Virus record (IMG/VR): IMGVR_UViG_3300017917_003612
Coordinates: 1-64,000 of that record
Length of the DNA: 64,000 bases
Source of the DNA: a virus
Strand: one strand, 5' to 3'
Positions 27,326-36,859 of the stretch are shown here, in pieces. The position numbers and the translations under genes are program-made. The notes beneath the pieces were generated by a model, which saw only the letters and a program-made list of their open reading frames with translations, was not told the origin of the DNA and ran no database searches. Position 1 is the first letter of the stretch, and the number at the start of each line of letters is the position of its first letter.

Positions 27326-29320
27326 TTATGTTTTAATAATAAAGTAAACTGATAGATACGGAGGCATGTTGGCATCAGTTCCTGAAGAACCGGTTGTACT
27401 AATACCTACGCTAATACCGGTGGTCGCGGTTGATGTAGCCAGTCCGGATGTTCCTGTGCTTCTTGCGCCACTAAAATCAGCACCAGCAAATGTAGTTCCA
27501 GTTTGGTGACTGTGCCCTGGATCTGTTACAGTTGCAGTGTGCGTGTGACTGACCACAACAGCATCTTTGCTACCACCAGTAGCACCTAATGCATATAATC
27601 CGCCAGCGCCTACTGGTAATCTGTTGGTATAATTAGGCAAATTAAATGTACTTGTGTTATCACCGACACCAAATGTAGTTCCAATTACGGCAAATAACGC
27701 AGCGTATGTGGTACGACTGACTGCGGTTCCATTACATAACAAATAACCTGTTGGCGCACTTAAAGTTGGCCACATCATCAAACTGCCAGTTGGTATACTA
27801 TTGTTTTGAACAAATGCAGTGGTTGCCACTGCTGTATTAGAAGTTCCTGCTGGTAAAGTTGGTGTAACAATAGTGCCACCCACATGCAAATTACCACCAA
27901 CACCTGCACCGCCTGCAATTGTCAATGCACCTGTTGTTGTAGAAGTGGCAGAGGTTGCAGCAGCAATTGAACTGTTGCCACCCAGTAACAAGTTGGCGGC
28001 TATTATTGCGTTTCCAACAATGCTAGCATTACCACCAATGTCCGCAGAGGTTCCTACACTTAAACTACCAGACAATGACGAAGATGCGGCATGAATTGTT
28101 CTAAATCGCATTCCGGTGCTACCAATATTTGAACTAATATTGGCAGTAGGAATAATGTCTGCACCAAGATAAATTTGTGCAATGTTGCTGTTGGTAGCAA
28201 AAATGTTTGCTGCTGTAACATTGCCTACCAAAAGATTTTCCGAAAATATATTGCTCCAACGATTAGAAGTATTGCCTAATGTATAGCTTACATTGGCAAT
28301 AGGAGTTATATTGCCTGAAAAATTAGCTACACCGGTTACTGATCCAGACAATATGTCCACATAATTTTTAGTAGCCAGAGCAAGTGCAGGAGATGATGCA
28401 ATTGGATTTGCATATGCTTCTGGTAACCCAGTTTGAAAATTTCCCCTCAAGAACGGAGTTTGTACACCGCCTGTTCGTAGACTCAAAACAAAATCACGGT
28501 TGTTGGTTTGATTTCGTAGCGTAACAACACCGCTGCTAACTGAACCCACAAAATCACTGGCTGCACCAAATGTCAATCCTGAATCATTTGTCAAAGACAA
28601 GGAACCATTTAAAGTGCCCGAAACGTCATTGCGTAGGAAATTTGATCCGGCTATAGCTACGCCACTGACATATAAACTATTGGATACTTCTGAGTTTCCC
28701 CAAAAAGCCTGCCCTAAGGTACTGTTAAGATTTAGGCCTTTTCTAATGGTTGCAAAACCCGGAACGTCCGACACAAACGGACTATCTTTGCTCCATATGC
28801 CTACCAAAATATCATCTATAAAAAATTTAATAACAACAAATGTTGTACTAGGTGGAGCATCTGTTACTGTGTCTGGAATAGCGCCCGAATTACCGGTGGC
28901 TGTTCTGCTTAAAGGCCCAATCAATCTCCATGTAGTGCCAGTATAAATTTTTAATTGACCGTTTACTGTATCATACCACTGTTCGCCTGTGTAAGCGTTT
29001 GTAGGCGTACTAGCACTGAGAGTCATACCTGCTACAGTTTTCCAAATAGCATTGGCCGTGCCCTTAGTAGACGCGATGTTTACATTCAACAGTTTTGTAG
29101 TGCTGTTAAACCATAATTGACCAGGCAGCGGAGCAGTAGGCGCAGTAGCAAGGGCGAAATTTTCCATCAATCTGACCACATTTTGATTGATGAATAATCC
29201 GTAACCTTTATAGTTCTTGCCAACCAATGTCAGACTCGAGTTTGCACTGTCAGTGGTGTTATCTAGTAATCCACCGGTGATTAGCTCTGTTCCGTTGCTT
29301 AATGTAATATTATATGCCAT
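27326..29320 (-). CDS. Tail fibre protein with tail-collar domain
   Basis: G/S/T/N-rich body; PTGSLMMW...APTGYLLCNG.AVSRTTYAALFAVIG; NMPPY...FIIK end. Confidence 0.9.
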   Translation of the reverse strand: MAYNITLSNGTELITGGLLDNTTDSANSSLTLVGKNYKGYGLFINQNVVRLMENFALATAPTAPLPGQLWFNSTTKLLNVNIASTKGTANAIWKTVAGMTLSASTPTNAYTGEQWYDTVNGQLKIYTGTTWRLIGPLSRTATGNSGAIPDTVTDAPPSTTFVVIKFFIDDILVGIWSKDSPFVSDVPGFATIRKGLNLNSTLGQAFWGNSEVSNSLYVSGVAIAGSNFLRNDVSGTLNGSLSLTNDSGLTFGAASDFVGSVSSGVVTLRNQTNNRDFVLSLRTGGVQTPFLRGNFQTGLPEAYANPIASSPALALATKNYVDILSGSVTGVANFSGNITPIANVSYTLGNTSNRWSNIFSENLLVGNVTAANIFATNSNIAQIYLGADIIPTANISSNIGSTGMRFRTIHAASSSLSGSLSVGTSADIGGNASIVGNAIIAANLLLGGNSSIAAATSATSTTTGALTIAGGAGVGGNLHVGGTIVTPTLPAGTSNTAVATTAFVQNNSIPTGSLMMWPTLSAPTGYLLCNGTAVSRTTYAALFAVIGTTFGVGDNTSTFNLPNYTNRLPVGAGGLYALGATGGSKDAVVVSHTHTATVTDPGHSHQTGTTFAGADFSGARSTGTSGLATSTATTGISVGISTTGSSGTDANMPPYLSVYFIIKT

Positions 29321-29371
29321 TTTTTATTCTCACTACCCTTATTTATGCTGTTTTTACGGGTCTTGGCTATG

Positions 29372-30388
29372 TTATTTTTTGCGCCCACTTTTCATATTTG
29401 CACACCAGTGGTACATCTTACCTTTTTCGCCACCTGACCGTTTGGCTCGGGCTCTCAAACTGCTCACGCTACCTGCACAACTGGCACCAGCACGTTTTAC
29501 ACGACCCGGACGACTCTTTCCTTTTACTCGACCGTCAGCAAAATTTTCTGTTACAGGTTGATCTAAAAATTGTTGTACTGCTTGTAGATGATCACTGCCG
29601 GCCACATACACACCCTGCTTTCTTGTGGCTAAAAACTTGTCGCGTAGATCATTTACAGACTTTGCTACACGGCCTGCACGATATGGATATTCTTCCCAGT
29701 TGTTGGGAAACATTAATTGCTCGCCCAATGTAAAAAACTTTTTAACATTACGTTCTGTAGCAGGCGCTTGACTCATAGCAACAAAATCATATGGACCTTC
29801 ACTGACAGATTGTAAAAACTTCGCCAAAGTTTCAGCATCGAACTGTCGGTCTGGGAAATAGTTGGTGCTAGGCTGTGTGCTTAAAATTCTATCAAAAATT
29901 GTAGAATCAGGGTCAGACCCAATCTTGCCTTCCACGGTGTCGTTTTCTTTTATATTGCTAAACAACACATACAGAAACGGGGCAGGATATCCTTTGATAG
30001 CAGGTGATAGCAAATCATCGTCCCAACTACCTTCATAATCGTCGATAATACCTTTGGTAAGTTTTTGGTCCATACCGTTGCCTTCGTACCAGGCACCGTG
30101 ACGTTCGGCAATGGCTCGTACTCGTTCAGCGTCCGAGTCTGACAGTTGTAACCGCTTGCCGTGTTGTTGACCCACAATTGCCACATCGTTGCCTATGTAG
30201 ATCACATCACTGTGTTTGGCTTCTGTAACACTTTCACCCCCGCCACCATCGCCACCGCTGCTGTCGCCAGACTCGCCACCGTAGGCACCGCTGCCATAAT
30301 AACCGTAGCCAGGATACCAGTAACCGCCAAAATATCTATTTTTGCGTTTTTTCTTTTTGCGTTCGGTTACAAACTCTGCGGCTCTCAT
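29372..30388 (-). CDS. Modular putative internal head protein (MRAAEFVTE) with TraB/TIKI-like central module
   Basis: Internal VTE junctions; IVGQQH, WYEG, LRD, VAGSDHL. Confidence 0.55.
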   Translation of the reverse strand: MRAAEFVTERKKKKRKNRYFGGYWYPGYGYYGSGAYGGESGDSSGGDGGGGESVTEAKHSDVIYIGNDVAIVGQQHGKRLQLSDSDAERVRAIAERHGAWYEGNGMDQKLTKGIIDDYEGSWDDDLLSPAIKGYPAPFLYVLFSNIKENDTVEGKIGSDPDSTIFDRILSTQPSTNYFPDRQFDAETLAKFLQSVSEGPYDFVAMSQAPATERNVKKFFTLGEQLMFPNNWEEYPYRAGRVAKSVNDLRDKFLATRKQGVYVAGSDHLQAVQQFLDQPVTENFADGRVKGKSRPGRVKRAGASCAGSVSSLRARAKRSGGEKGKMYHWCANMKSGRKK

Positions 30389-30410
30389 TACATTCTCACT
30401 TGCATATAAA

Positions 30411-31328
30411 CTATGTTACTTCTTGCTCTTGAGGTTTTTTGAATACACTATATATTTTTTGTATTCCAATTCCTTTTATTCCATTTGCATGTAATACATT
30501 TGCTACAAATGTTCCACAATTTTCAGCTCCTACTGAGTTAGTTGTAGGAACTGATACTGGTTTTGATAATGACACAATTTTTATGTTTTGTTTTGGAAAC
30601 TCTGGGTCATCTGTAACTGCGTTGGTGACATATACATCATTGCCTTTATGCCCACTCATTTGTATTTGTTTTCCGTCTTGAGTTATAAATCCAACATGGT
30701 CATAACTCCATCCTTTAGGTGTTTTATTACTGCGGGCAAAGAATATTTTGTCTGACAAATAGTTGCCAATTTCTTCCATTATTTTTTGTGGATTCAATTG
30801 ATGCATTAGATTTCCCGCACCGGTTGGCACTGGTCCCCCGGACCCAACAAATCCCCCCCGCACCGGTACACTTGAACTACCCCGGGCTGCTGGAGGAGAA
30901 ATTTTAGCTACATCAGACGACGAAGCAAACACCACAGGTAATTTTGCTGTTTTCCATAACGGGTTATCTCTATCCATTCTTTTTTGTAATAAACCTAACG
31001 CAGAAATTCTATGAGCACCATCATCAAGTTTTCCGTCTACAGCTACAATAGGTGGCAAAGTTTTTAATGACTCAGGATTGTCCTTTAAAAACTTTGCATA
31101 TTCTACCGCTTTGGGAGTCACATTCCAACTAAAATCTTTTTTATCGTAATCTCTAATTACATCTTTGTGATATGGTATTCCCTGTATACTTTTATGAATT
31201 TGTTTTAAAGTTAAATTTTGTTGATTTAGATTAGCATCAGGATTTAATTGGGCAGCTTTACCAGAACTTGGCCCGGGTTGTGGTACTGATAAATCGTCAG
31301 CCTCTAGTATAAATTCGTATGCTCTCAT
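30411..31328 (-). CDS. Modular putative internal head protein (MRAYEFILE): ParB/Srx-like plus permuted papain-like modules
   Basis: LPPIV...DGAHR; HVGF...NCGTFV. Confidence 0.55.
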   Translation of the reverse strand: MRAYEFILEADDLSVPQPGPSSGKAAQLNPDANLNQQNLTLKQIHKSIQGIPYHKDVIRDYDKKDFSWNVTPKAVEYAKFLKDNPESLKTLPPIVAVDGKLDDGAHRISALGLLQKRMDRDNPLWKTAKLPVVFASSSDVAKISPPAARGSSSVPVRGGFVGSGGPVPTGAGNLMHQLNPQKIMEEIGNYLSDKIFFARSNKTPKGWSYDHVGFITQDGKQIQMSGHKGNDVYVTNAVTDDPEFPKQNIKIVSLSKPVSVPTTNSVGAENCGTFVANVLHANGIKGIGIQKIYSVFKKPQEQEVT

Positions 31329-32797
31329 AGATTCCTTTCCCAAATCACAAAGGGATCATTTACTACTATTGTGCCGTCGGGTCTGGCCATATAATTGCCA
31401 CTATGCAAGTCAACTGTAAAATTGTGCCGACGAGCAAATCTTTCAACTTCATACACAGTTTTTAATAAACCATCAGCTCGTTCAGGTCCGCCTAACAGAT
31501 CAATAACTTCCTTTATATCTTCAAAGTACTGTGGATTGTAATCTGGTGCATAATAATCTTCTGCACTGGCAAATTCTGCATAGGCTTTAATTTTCTTGTA
31601 TGCTGATTCAAAATTACCTCGACCTATTTGTTTAGTGACCTGATCAATTTGTCCAACCAAGGTTCCAACTGTTTTAGGTAATTCTTGTAGTGTTTCCATT
31701 CGGGCTTGAATATAGTTTTTACCTTGAAATTTAAAACTTTCAAATGCACTAAAACGAGGCAAGTGCGGATTGTCTTTGTTCTTGTTGCAGTAGTCGATCC
31801 AGTTGATAAACATACGCTGGTCAGGGCTGAATCCTTCTACACCTTTACGATATCCAAACACAATATAAACTTGTCCATTGGGTTCAAGATATGCTTGTTT
31901 GTCTATTCCGCCGCCCAAGTATTTGTAACCTTTTTTGGCTAGAGCTTGGCTGATACCAACATGTATTGAGCCAGCCATTTCGTCAAGTGCTTCTTCAAAT
32001 TGTGCAGAGTATCCAACATTGAACTGTGGTTTAGCTCCAGGAAAATTGGGCTGATTGACGCCGGCACTGAATCCTTTTCGTTGATATTGTGCCCCAACTC
32101 CTGTTACACCAAAATCCTTTTGTCCGCTAGCACTCAATGAAATAGAACTGTCTTTGTCAACTGGTATATTGTAAGATCCTGATACAGATCCTCGGTCACC
32201 TATGTTTACACTGGCAGGACCATATCCAAGATTGATACCTCGTTGAGCTTCATAATCTCTCATGCCTCCGGGCATATCAGCTGATATGCCTAAATTCAGC
32301 CCTGTGTTTAAATTGCTGTACTGAGCACGTTGTAATCTTTTTTCTGGATCCACGCTGGTTTGTGCTGTCCAATTGACTGGTTTTTCTTTTGGCATCGGCA
32401 AGTCAGGCAATTCGTCATCGTTTATAACCTGTCTGCTGACCATTTCTTCTAGGTGTGCAATTGCTTCGTCAGCTCTAATTGCTTTTGCGTAATCTTCTGG
32501 GCTGTCTATATCGTGCAAGCTAAAGCCCAGGCGCTTGAGCAACGGAATCATTTTGTGTTCTTCTTCTTCACTGCCAAACGCAAACACAGTGTGCGGCACA
32601 CCTTTGTTAAATGTTCTAGGATCTGCATCGTCTAAGTCACTCACTGCCATGCCCAGCTTGTACCAGTCGTACACATCGCTCACATTGACCAAGGTAGTAC
32701 CTTTGGGAAAACTCAACGGTGTGCCCGGATCACTTTTGAGGTACTGATCTTCATCGTAATCGGGGTTATCTTCTAGTATAAATTCTCTTGCTCTCAT
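31325..32797 (-). CDS. Modular putative internal head protein (MRAREFILE) with C-terminal kinase-like domain
   Basis: YLGGG, HLPR, ME.L, DLHSGNYM, V.NDP. Confidence 0.6.
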   Translation of the reverse strand: MRAREFILEDNPDYDEDQYLKSDPGTPLSFPKGTTLVNVSDVYDWYKLGMAVSDLDDADPRTFNKGVPHTVFAFGSEEEEHKMIPLLKRLGFSLHDIDSPEDYAKAIRADEAIAHLEEMVSRQVINDDELPDLPMPKEKPVNWTAQTSVDPEKRLQRAQYSNLNTGLNLGISADMPGGMRDYEAQRGINLGYGPASVNIGDRGSVSGSYNIPVDKDSSISLSASGQKDFGVTGVGAQYQRKGFSAGVNQPNFPGAKPQFNVGYSAQFEEALDEMAGSIHVGISQALAKKGYKYLGGGIDKQAYLEPNGQVYIVFGYRKGVEGFSPDQRMFINWIDYCNKNKDNPHLPRFSAFESFKFQGKNYIQARMETLQELPKTVGTLVGQIDQVTKQIGRGNFESAYKKIKAYAEFASAEDYYAPDYNPQYFEDIKEVIDLLGGPERADGLLKTVYEVERFARRHNFTVDLHSGNYMARPDGTIVVNDPFVIWERNL

Positions 32798-35295
32798 CGT
32801 GCTGGTACCACCATAAATTCACCACTACCTAGTAGGCCTTGACCGCGCAGCCAATTTGCAGCATATTGATTGGCTTCGCCTTGATTGCTACGATGAACAA
32901 AACTATAAACTTCACGGTCGTTTTGATCTAACACTAGCCAACGGGTATTTCCGGGTGGCAGGCTTTCTGTACCACGGGCAGCAGAACTCGCAGGATCTGC
33001 TTCTATCCTGTTTATTGTCCATCCGGCACGCTCCAGTCGATTTCTCACAGCAGCCATGGCAGCATCAGCATTTGCTGCCGGAACCGTCATAGTATTGTTT
33101 CTCACTTCATCACCATAGGTCACCGTATAATCAACTCTATATTCTGTTTGCTCTCGTTGTTGAACTTCACCTTGATTGCGTGGCAAATCGTCTCTTGCTC
33201 GCATGAGTGGTCTAACATATACGGGATCGTCATATCCTGTCTGCTGTTGCCATCTTGCTGCGTGTCTTTCAGCATCTGCTACTGCGTTTCCGATACCGCT
33301 GATTACAGACACAACCTCATCGGTGTTTCTACTCACTACTTCCCAGTGCCCGGTAAATTCTTGATCACGGCTGGGTGTTTGCTGAACAGGTGGTTCACGC
33401 CAAATTGGCTGGGGCTCGCCCAATCTCGCTCTCAAGTTATATGCAGTTTCCTGACCGTCATATGTGCGATCGTGTGCGGCCACAATATCATCGAAGGCTG
33501 CATTGGCAAACTGATCAGGGAATCTTTGTACCGCAATGGTTCGAGCCTGGAATTCACTCATGGCTCGCACCCACACACCTCGTGGACTGTTTTCTACTTT
33601 GACATAGTAGAACTTTGGACTCATTTGATTCATGTCATCCGTGGTAGCGGCTCGTAAGGGTTGTACTTTCCATCCGTGTTCTTGTGCCCATTCTTCCATA
33701 CTACTACTACCAATGTTTAATCGCCATTTTTTAATTGCTTCCACAACAGCGTCCAACTCGGTCTTACCTAACACTTCCGTACCTTGGCTTTGATAAGGAC
33801 TGGTACGATCGCCTGTGACCCGCCATACCAACAATATATCCTTGGCACCCTGTGTGAGTTTATCAACTTTTCTCTTGCCCTGTATCTGTCTTACAAATGC
33901 TTTCAAGGCACTTTGTGGTAATTCACCGGCGGCATATTTTGCAAAGTATTGAATGGTATCGTCTTCCTTGCCTTGTGTGAGTGTTTTGTACAATTTCTTG
34001 TAGTATTCTTGTTTGAACTCCGCAGGCTTGGTAGCAACATCTAATGCCACTACTGCTCGCAACATTGTGTTTTTAACTGCAGAGAGATCATCACCCAGCC
34101 AGTCACCACCCGGACCACGAAACTCTATCCAGTCGCCTCTATTGTTGATACTACTATATTTTTGTGTTTGACCTGTGTGTAAAACTTTGCTGGCTATGTC
34201 ACTTAGTCCACTCTGAAACTGACGCATCATTTCGGTCACACGCTCAGGTTCGGTGCGGGCAATGATTTTAATACTTTTCAAAATACTCTTACAATAGGTA
34301 TTACCTTCACGACCAAATTGTTCTAGGATATAGTTATCGCCCAGGAACATGGCCAGTTTAACAAAGTCTAGATTTTGTTGACCGGGTACACTCACATTCA
34401 TGTGCAGGCCAGTGCTGTCGTTAGTGTAAGCACCCACTCTACCGGCCCATTTAGCCACTTTGTCGATGTCCGACAACATTTCGTCCACAGTTAGTGGAGG
34501 GCTTACAAACTCTAGTCCACCATCACCTGGGTCGCCATGCAAGCTTGAATCCGGCTCTACCACATAGTGTCCAGGTCGTCTAGTGGCACCGTGATAACTG
34601 CTACTGGCATTTACCGGACGACCTATGGCTTGACTGAAGTCATCGGCAACATCATTGATACTGACACCGCTACCGCCGTAGTAATCATCTGGTTGGGTCC
34701 AGTATGGCCATTCTAGGCTGTGTTCATTGGCGAAATCACTCATCATGGTGATGCCATTATCTTCTAGCCATTCTTCAAACTTTGAGTCAAGATTTTCGTT
34801 GTATTCATCTCTCAATTGATCGCGTATGTTGTCTTCGTTTTCGTCAATGAAATTTTGTAAAGCTGCAATATACTCTTCCTCAGTTTCGTAATCGTCTCTG
34901 TCGACATTGTCGCCTGCTATTTCTGTTACACGATCTTGTCCTGCCTCCGAAGCCATGTATTGTTCTTGATCTTCGTCGGTCCACGCAAGGAAGTTCTCAT
35001 TAAGTTCATCAATGGCTCTTTGTATGCTACGAGTGCTATTGCTAACTTCGCCGCCGCGGAAAAAGCTCATTATGTCATTGGTCCAGCCTCGGCCAGTAGG
35101 AAAACTTTCATCAGCATCGTAATCCGGTTCTGATTCAAATTCATTTTCTTCTTCACCCTGGGCATTGGGCACAATCAGTTCAAATTCCATGCCAACTCTG
35201 GCGTCAATGTTCTTGGCCATTTTGCTCAAGTTGGTTGGGCTCATTTTGAGCTCGAACAATTCATCTTCGGTTAGTTCAAATTCGCGAAATCTCAT
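32794..35295 (-). CDS. Putative amidoligase (COOH-NH2 ligase type 2) domain protein (MRFREFELTE)
   Basis: GMEFE, DSSL, GLEFVSP, TNDSTGLHMNVS, KY.SIN, IEFR. Confidence 0.75.
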   Translation of the reverse strand: MRFREFELTEDELFELKMSPTNLSKMAKNIDARVGMEFELIVPNAQGEEENEFESEPDYDADESFPTGRGWTNDIMSFFRGGEVSNSTRSIQRAIDELNENFLAWTDEDQEQYMASEAGQDRVTEIAGDNVDRDDYETEEEYIAALQNFIDENEDNIRDQLRDEYNENLDSKFEEWLEDNGITMMSDFANEHSLEWPYWTQPDDYYGGSGVSINDVADDFSQAIGRPVNASSSYHGATRRPGHYVVEPDSSLHGDPGDGGLEFVSPPLTVDEMLSDIDKVAKWAGRVGAYTNDSTGLHMNVSVPGQQNLDFVKLAMFLGDNYILEQFGREGNTYCKSILKSIKIIARTEPERVTEMMRQFQSGLSDIASKVLHTGQTQKYSSINNRGDWIEFRGPGGDWLGDDLSAVKNTMLRAVVALDVATKPAEFKQEYYKKLYKTLTQGKEDDTIQYFAKYAAGELPQSALKAFVRQIQGKRKVDKLTQGAKDILLVWRVTGDRTSPYQSQGTEVLGKTELDAVVEAIKKWRLNIGSSSMEEWAQEHGWKVQPLRAATTDDMNQMSPKFYYVKVENSPRGVWVRAMSEFQARTIAVQRFPDQFANAAFDDIVAAHDRTYDGQETAYNLRARLGEPQPIWREPPVQQTPSRDQEFTGHWEVVSRNTDEVVSVISGIGNAVADAERHAARWQQQTGYDDPVYVRPLMRARDDLPRNQGEVQQREQTEYRVDYTVTYGDEVRNNTMTVPAANADAAMAAVRNRLERAGWTINRIEADPASSAARGTESLPPGNTRWLVLDQNDREVYSFVHRSNQGEANQYAANWLRGQGLLGSGEFMVVPAR

Positions 35296-35681
35296 TCTAT
35301 TATTTCCGGATTGGCCTTGCCATACAATTTCATAAGGTAGCCTGCTACTGCATCGGCCTCTTGTTCAACGGGCGAGCCAGGATAGCTTTGGTCACCGTTT
35401 ACTCTACCATCTTCGTACTGCTTTCTGTGAGTAAGTTCGTGAGCTACAGTACGCATTATATCAATTAGATTTCTGTTGCCGGTATAAATCCACATCGTGT
35501 CTTCGGCATCGTCGTAATAACCGGTTCTGTGTTGGTCTGGACCTTCCTTGGCATCTTGGAAACGAATCTTAGGCAATGCTTCTTGAATGTCCAATCGATC
35601 AACACACCATGCCACAAAGTCGCGCAGTTGTGCTTCGTGATCACGAAAGGTGCTTTCTGTAATAAATTCTTGTGCTCTCAT
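35292..35681 (-). CDS. Zincin-like metallopeptidase domain protein (MRAQEFITE)
   Basis: RTVAHELTH..Q and E.EA. Confidence 0.7.
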   Translation of the reverse strand: MRAQEFITESTFRDHEAQLRDFVAWCVDRLDIQEALPKIRFQDAKEGPDQHRTGYYDDAEDTMWIYTGNRNLIDIMRTVAHELTHRKQYEDGRVNGDQSYPGSPVEQEADAVAGYLMKLYGKANPEIIE

Positions 35682-36205
35682 TTTTTTCTAGATCTCGCTT
35701 CTCGTTCGGCCCTCATTAGATTAGGCACATAATCAAATTCCGAACCCAACATGGGATTGTTCAGCTGATATGCTGCGGCTAGATCGTCAGGCACTCCATG
35801 CATGCCACCAGTATAACCGCCGCCCGCGCCTTTCAAAGACTGTGGTGCGATTTTAGGTGTTGTGGCAGCGGGAGTTTTTAGTGCATCTGCGCTTTGACTT
35901 CTATATTCAGATGGTGTCAATTTACGACCTGCTCTATCGTCTGCTCTAATCCAGTCGCCTATACCAGCAAAATTTTGGTTGAGGCGAGCTTCACGCTCGG
36001 CACTTCTTTGTTGCGCGATTGCTCTATCAATTGCATCGTTTTCGGCCTTTATAGCGGCTGTAATTCTTTTATGTTTCTCACTGCCAGGTTCACCAATGGT
36101 GGCTCTTTTAACATCCCTTTTCGGCTGCTGCTGAGACAGTTTATCCCAATCTAAGCCTAAAAAGCTATTTTCACCAGCTTCGGTTATAAATTCTCTAGCT
36201 CGCAT
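35678..36205 (-). CDS. Putative internal head protein (MRAREFITE)
   Basis: Shared N-terminal motif; start moved to 36205. Confidence 0.6.
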   Translation of the reverse strand: MRAREFITEAGENSFLGLDWDKLSQQQPKRDVKRATIGEPGSEKHKRITAAIKAENDAIDRAIAQQRSAEREARLNQNFAGIGDWIRADDRAGRKLTPSEYRSQSADALKTPAATTPKIAPQSLKGAGGGYTGGMHGVPDDLAAAYQLNNPMLGSEFDYVPNLMRAEREARSRKK

Positions 36206-36845
36206 CTTGTTTATCCTGTGAGCCAGCAATCATTTTACCATAGTCCCGGCTCTGTATATTTTGCGGTGTGTGCTCGCGCTGTCCTTTGACAATTTCAAAT
36301 GCTCTACGCAGACCTTTGGCTACCACGTCCAATCCATCTTCATCTGCTTGATATTTGATACCAATACCACCACTTTGTTCCCATTCTGTCAGCACACTGT
36401 TTCTATCATCAACTAAAATATTGGGTGTTCCATCTGCTTGTTTGGCATACTTGCCCTTGCGGCCGGTAATACGGATCACTCTAGGCTGCGGGTTTAAGTT
36501 TTCTGCTATCCAGGCTCGCTTCATGGCTTCTGAGTTTTGATTATCACCGCGTAAGGGACTTGAACAGATATTGTAGTATCCAAACACTTCCACAACCATA
36601 GCCACCAATCTATCTGCTGACGGAAATTTTGGTAATCTGTAAAAGAAATCAGTGCCACGCATCTGTGCAATTACAGGCTCGCGCAGTTCTGCAGGAATAC
36701 TGCGGTAGTCTGCTCGGCCACTTTTAACGTCAGCGGGCACTCCGGCCAATTTGGCATATTCTGAGAAGAAATCTGCTAGTACGCCGTCCATGTCTAGGAA
36801 TATTTCAGGACGGCCAGGGGGTTTTTCTAGTTCGTATAAGCGCAT
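36195..36845 (-). CDS. HAD-family 5'(3')-deoxyribonucleotidase-like protein (MRLYELE)
   Basis: FLDMDGVLADF, CSSP, K..W, ILVDD; TAAATA 4 nt upstream. Confidence 0.85.
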   Translation of the reverse strand: MRLYELEKPPGRPEIFLDMDGVLADFFSEYAKLAGVPADVKSGRADYRSIPAELREPVIAQMRGTDFFYRLPKFPSADRLVAMVVEVFGYYNICSSPLRGDNQNSEAMKRAWIAENLNPQPRVIRITGRKGKYAKQADGTPNILVDDRNSVLTEWEQSGGIGIKYQADEDGLDVVAKGLRRAFEIVKGQREHTPQNIQSRDYGKMIAGSQDKQDAS

Positions 36846-36859
36846 TTTGTATTTATTGA

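Noticed and set aside
30389-30420. TAG reassignment or read-through after ...QEQEVT
   Set aside because: Read-through adds only a few residues before TGA; genes across the window are intact under code 11.
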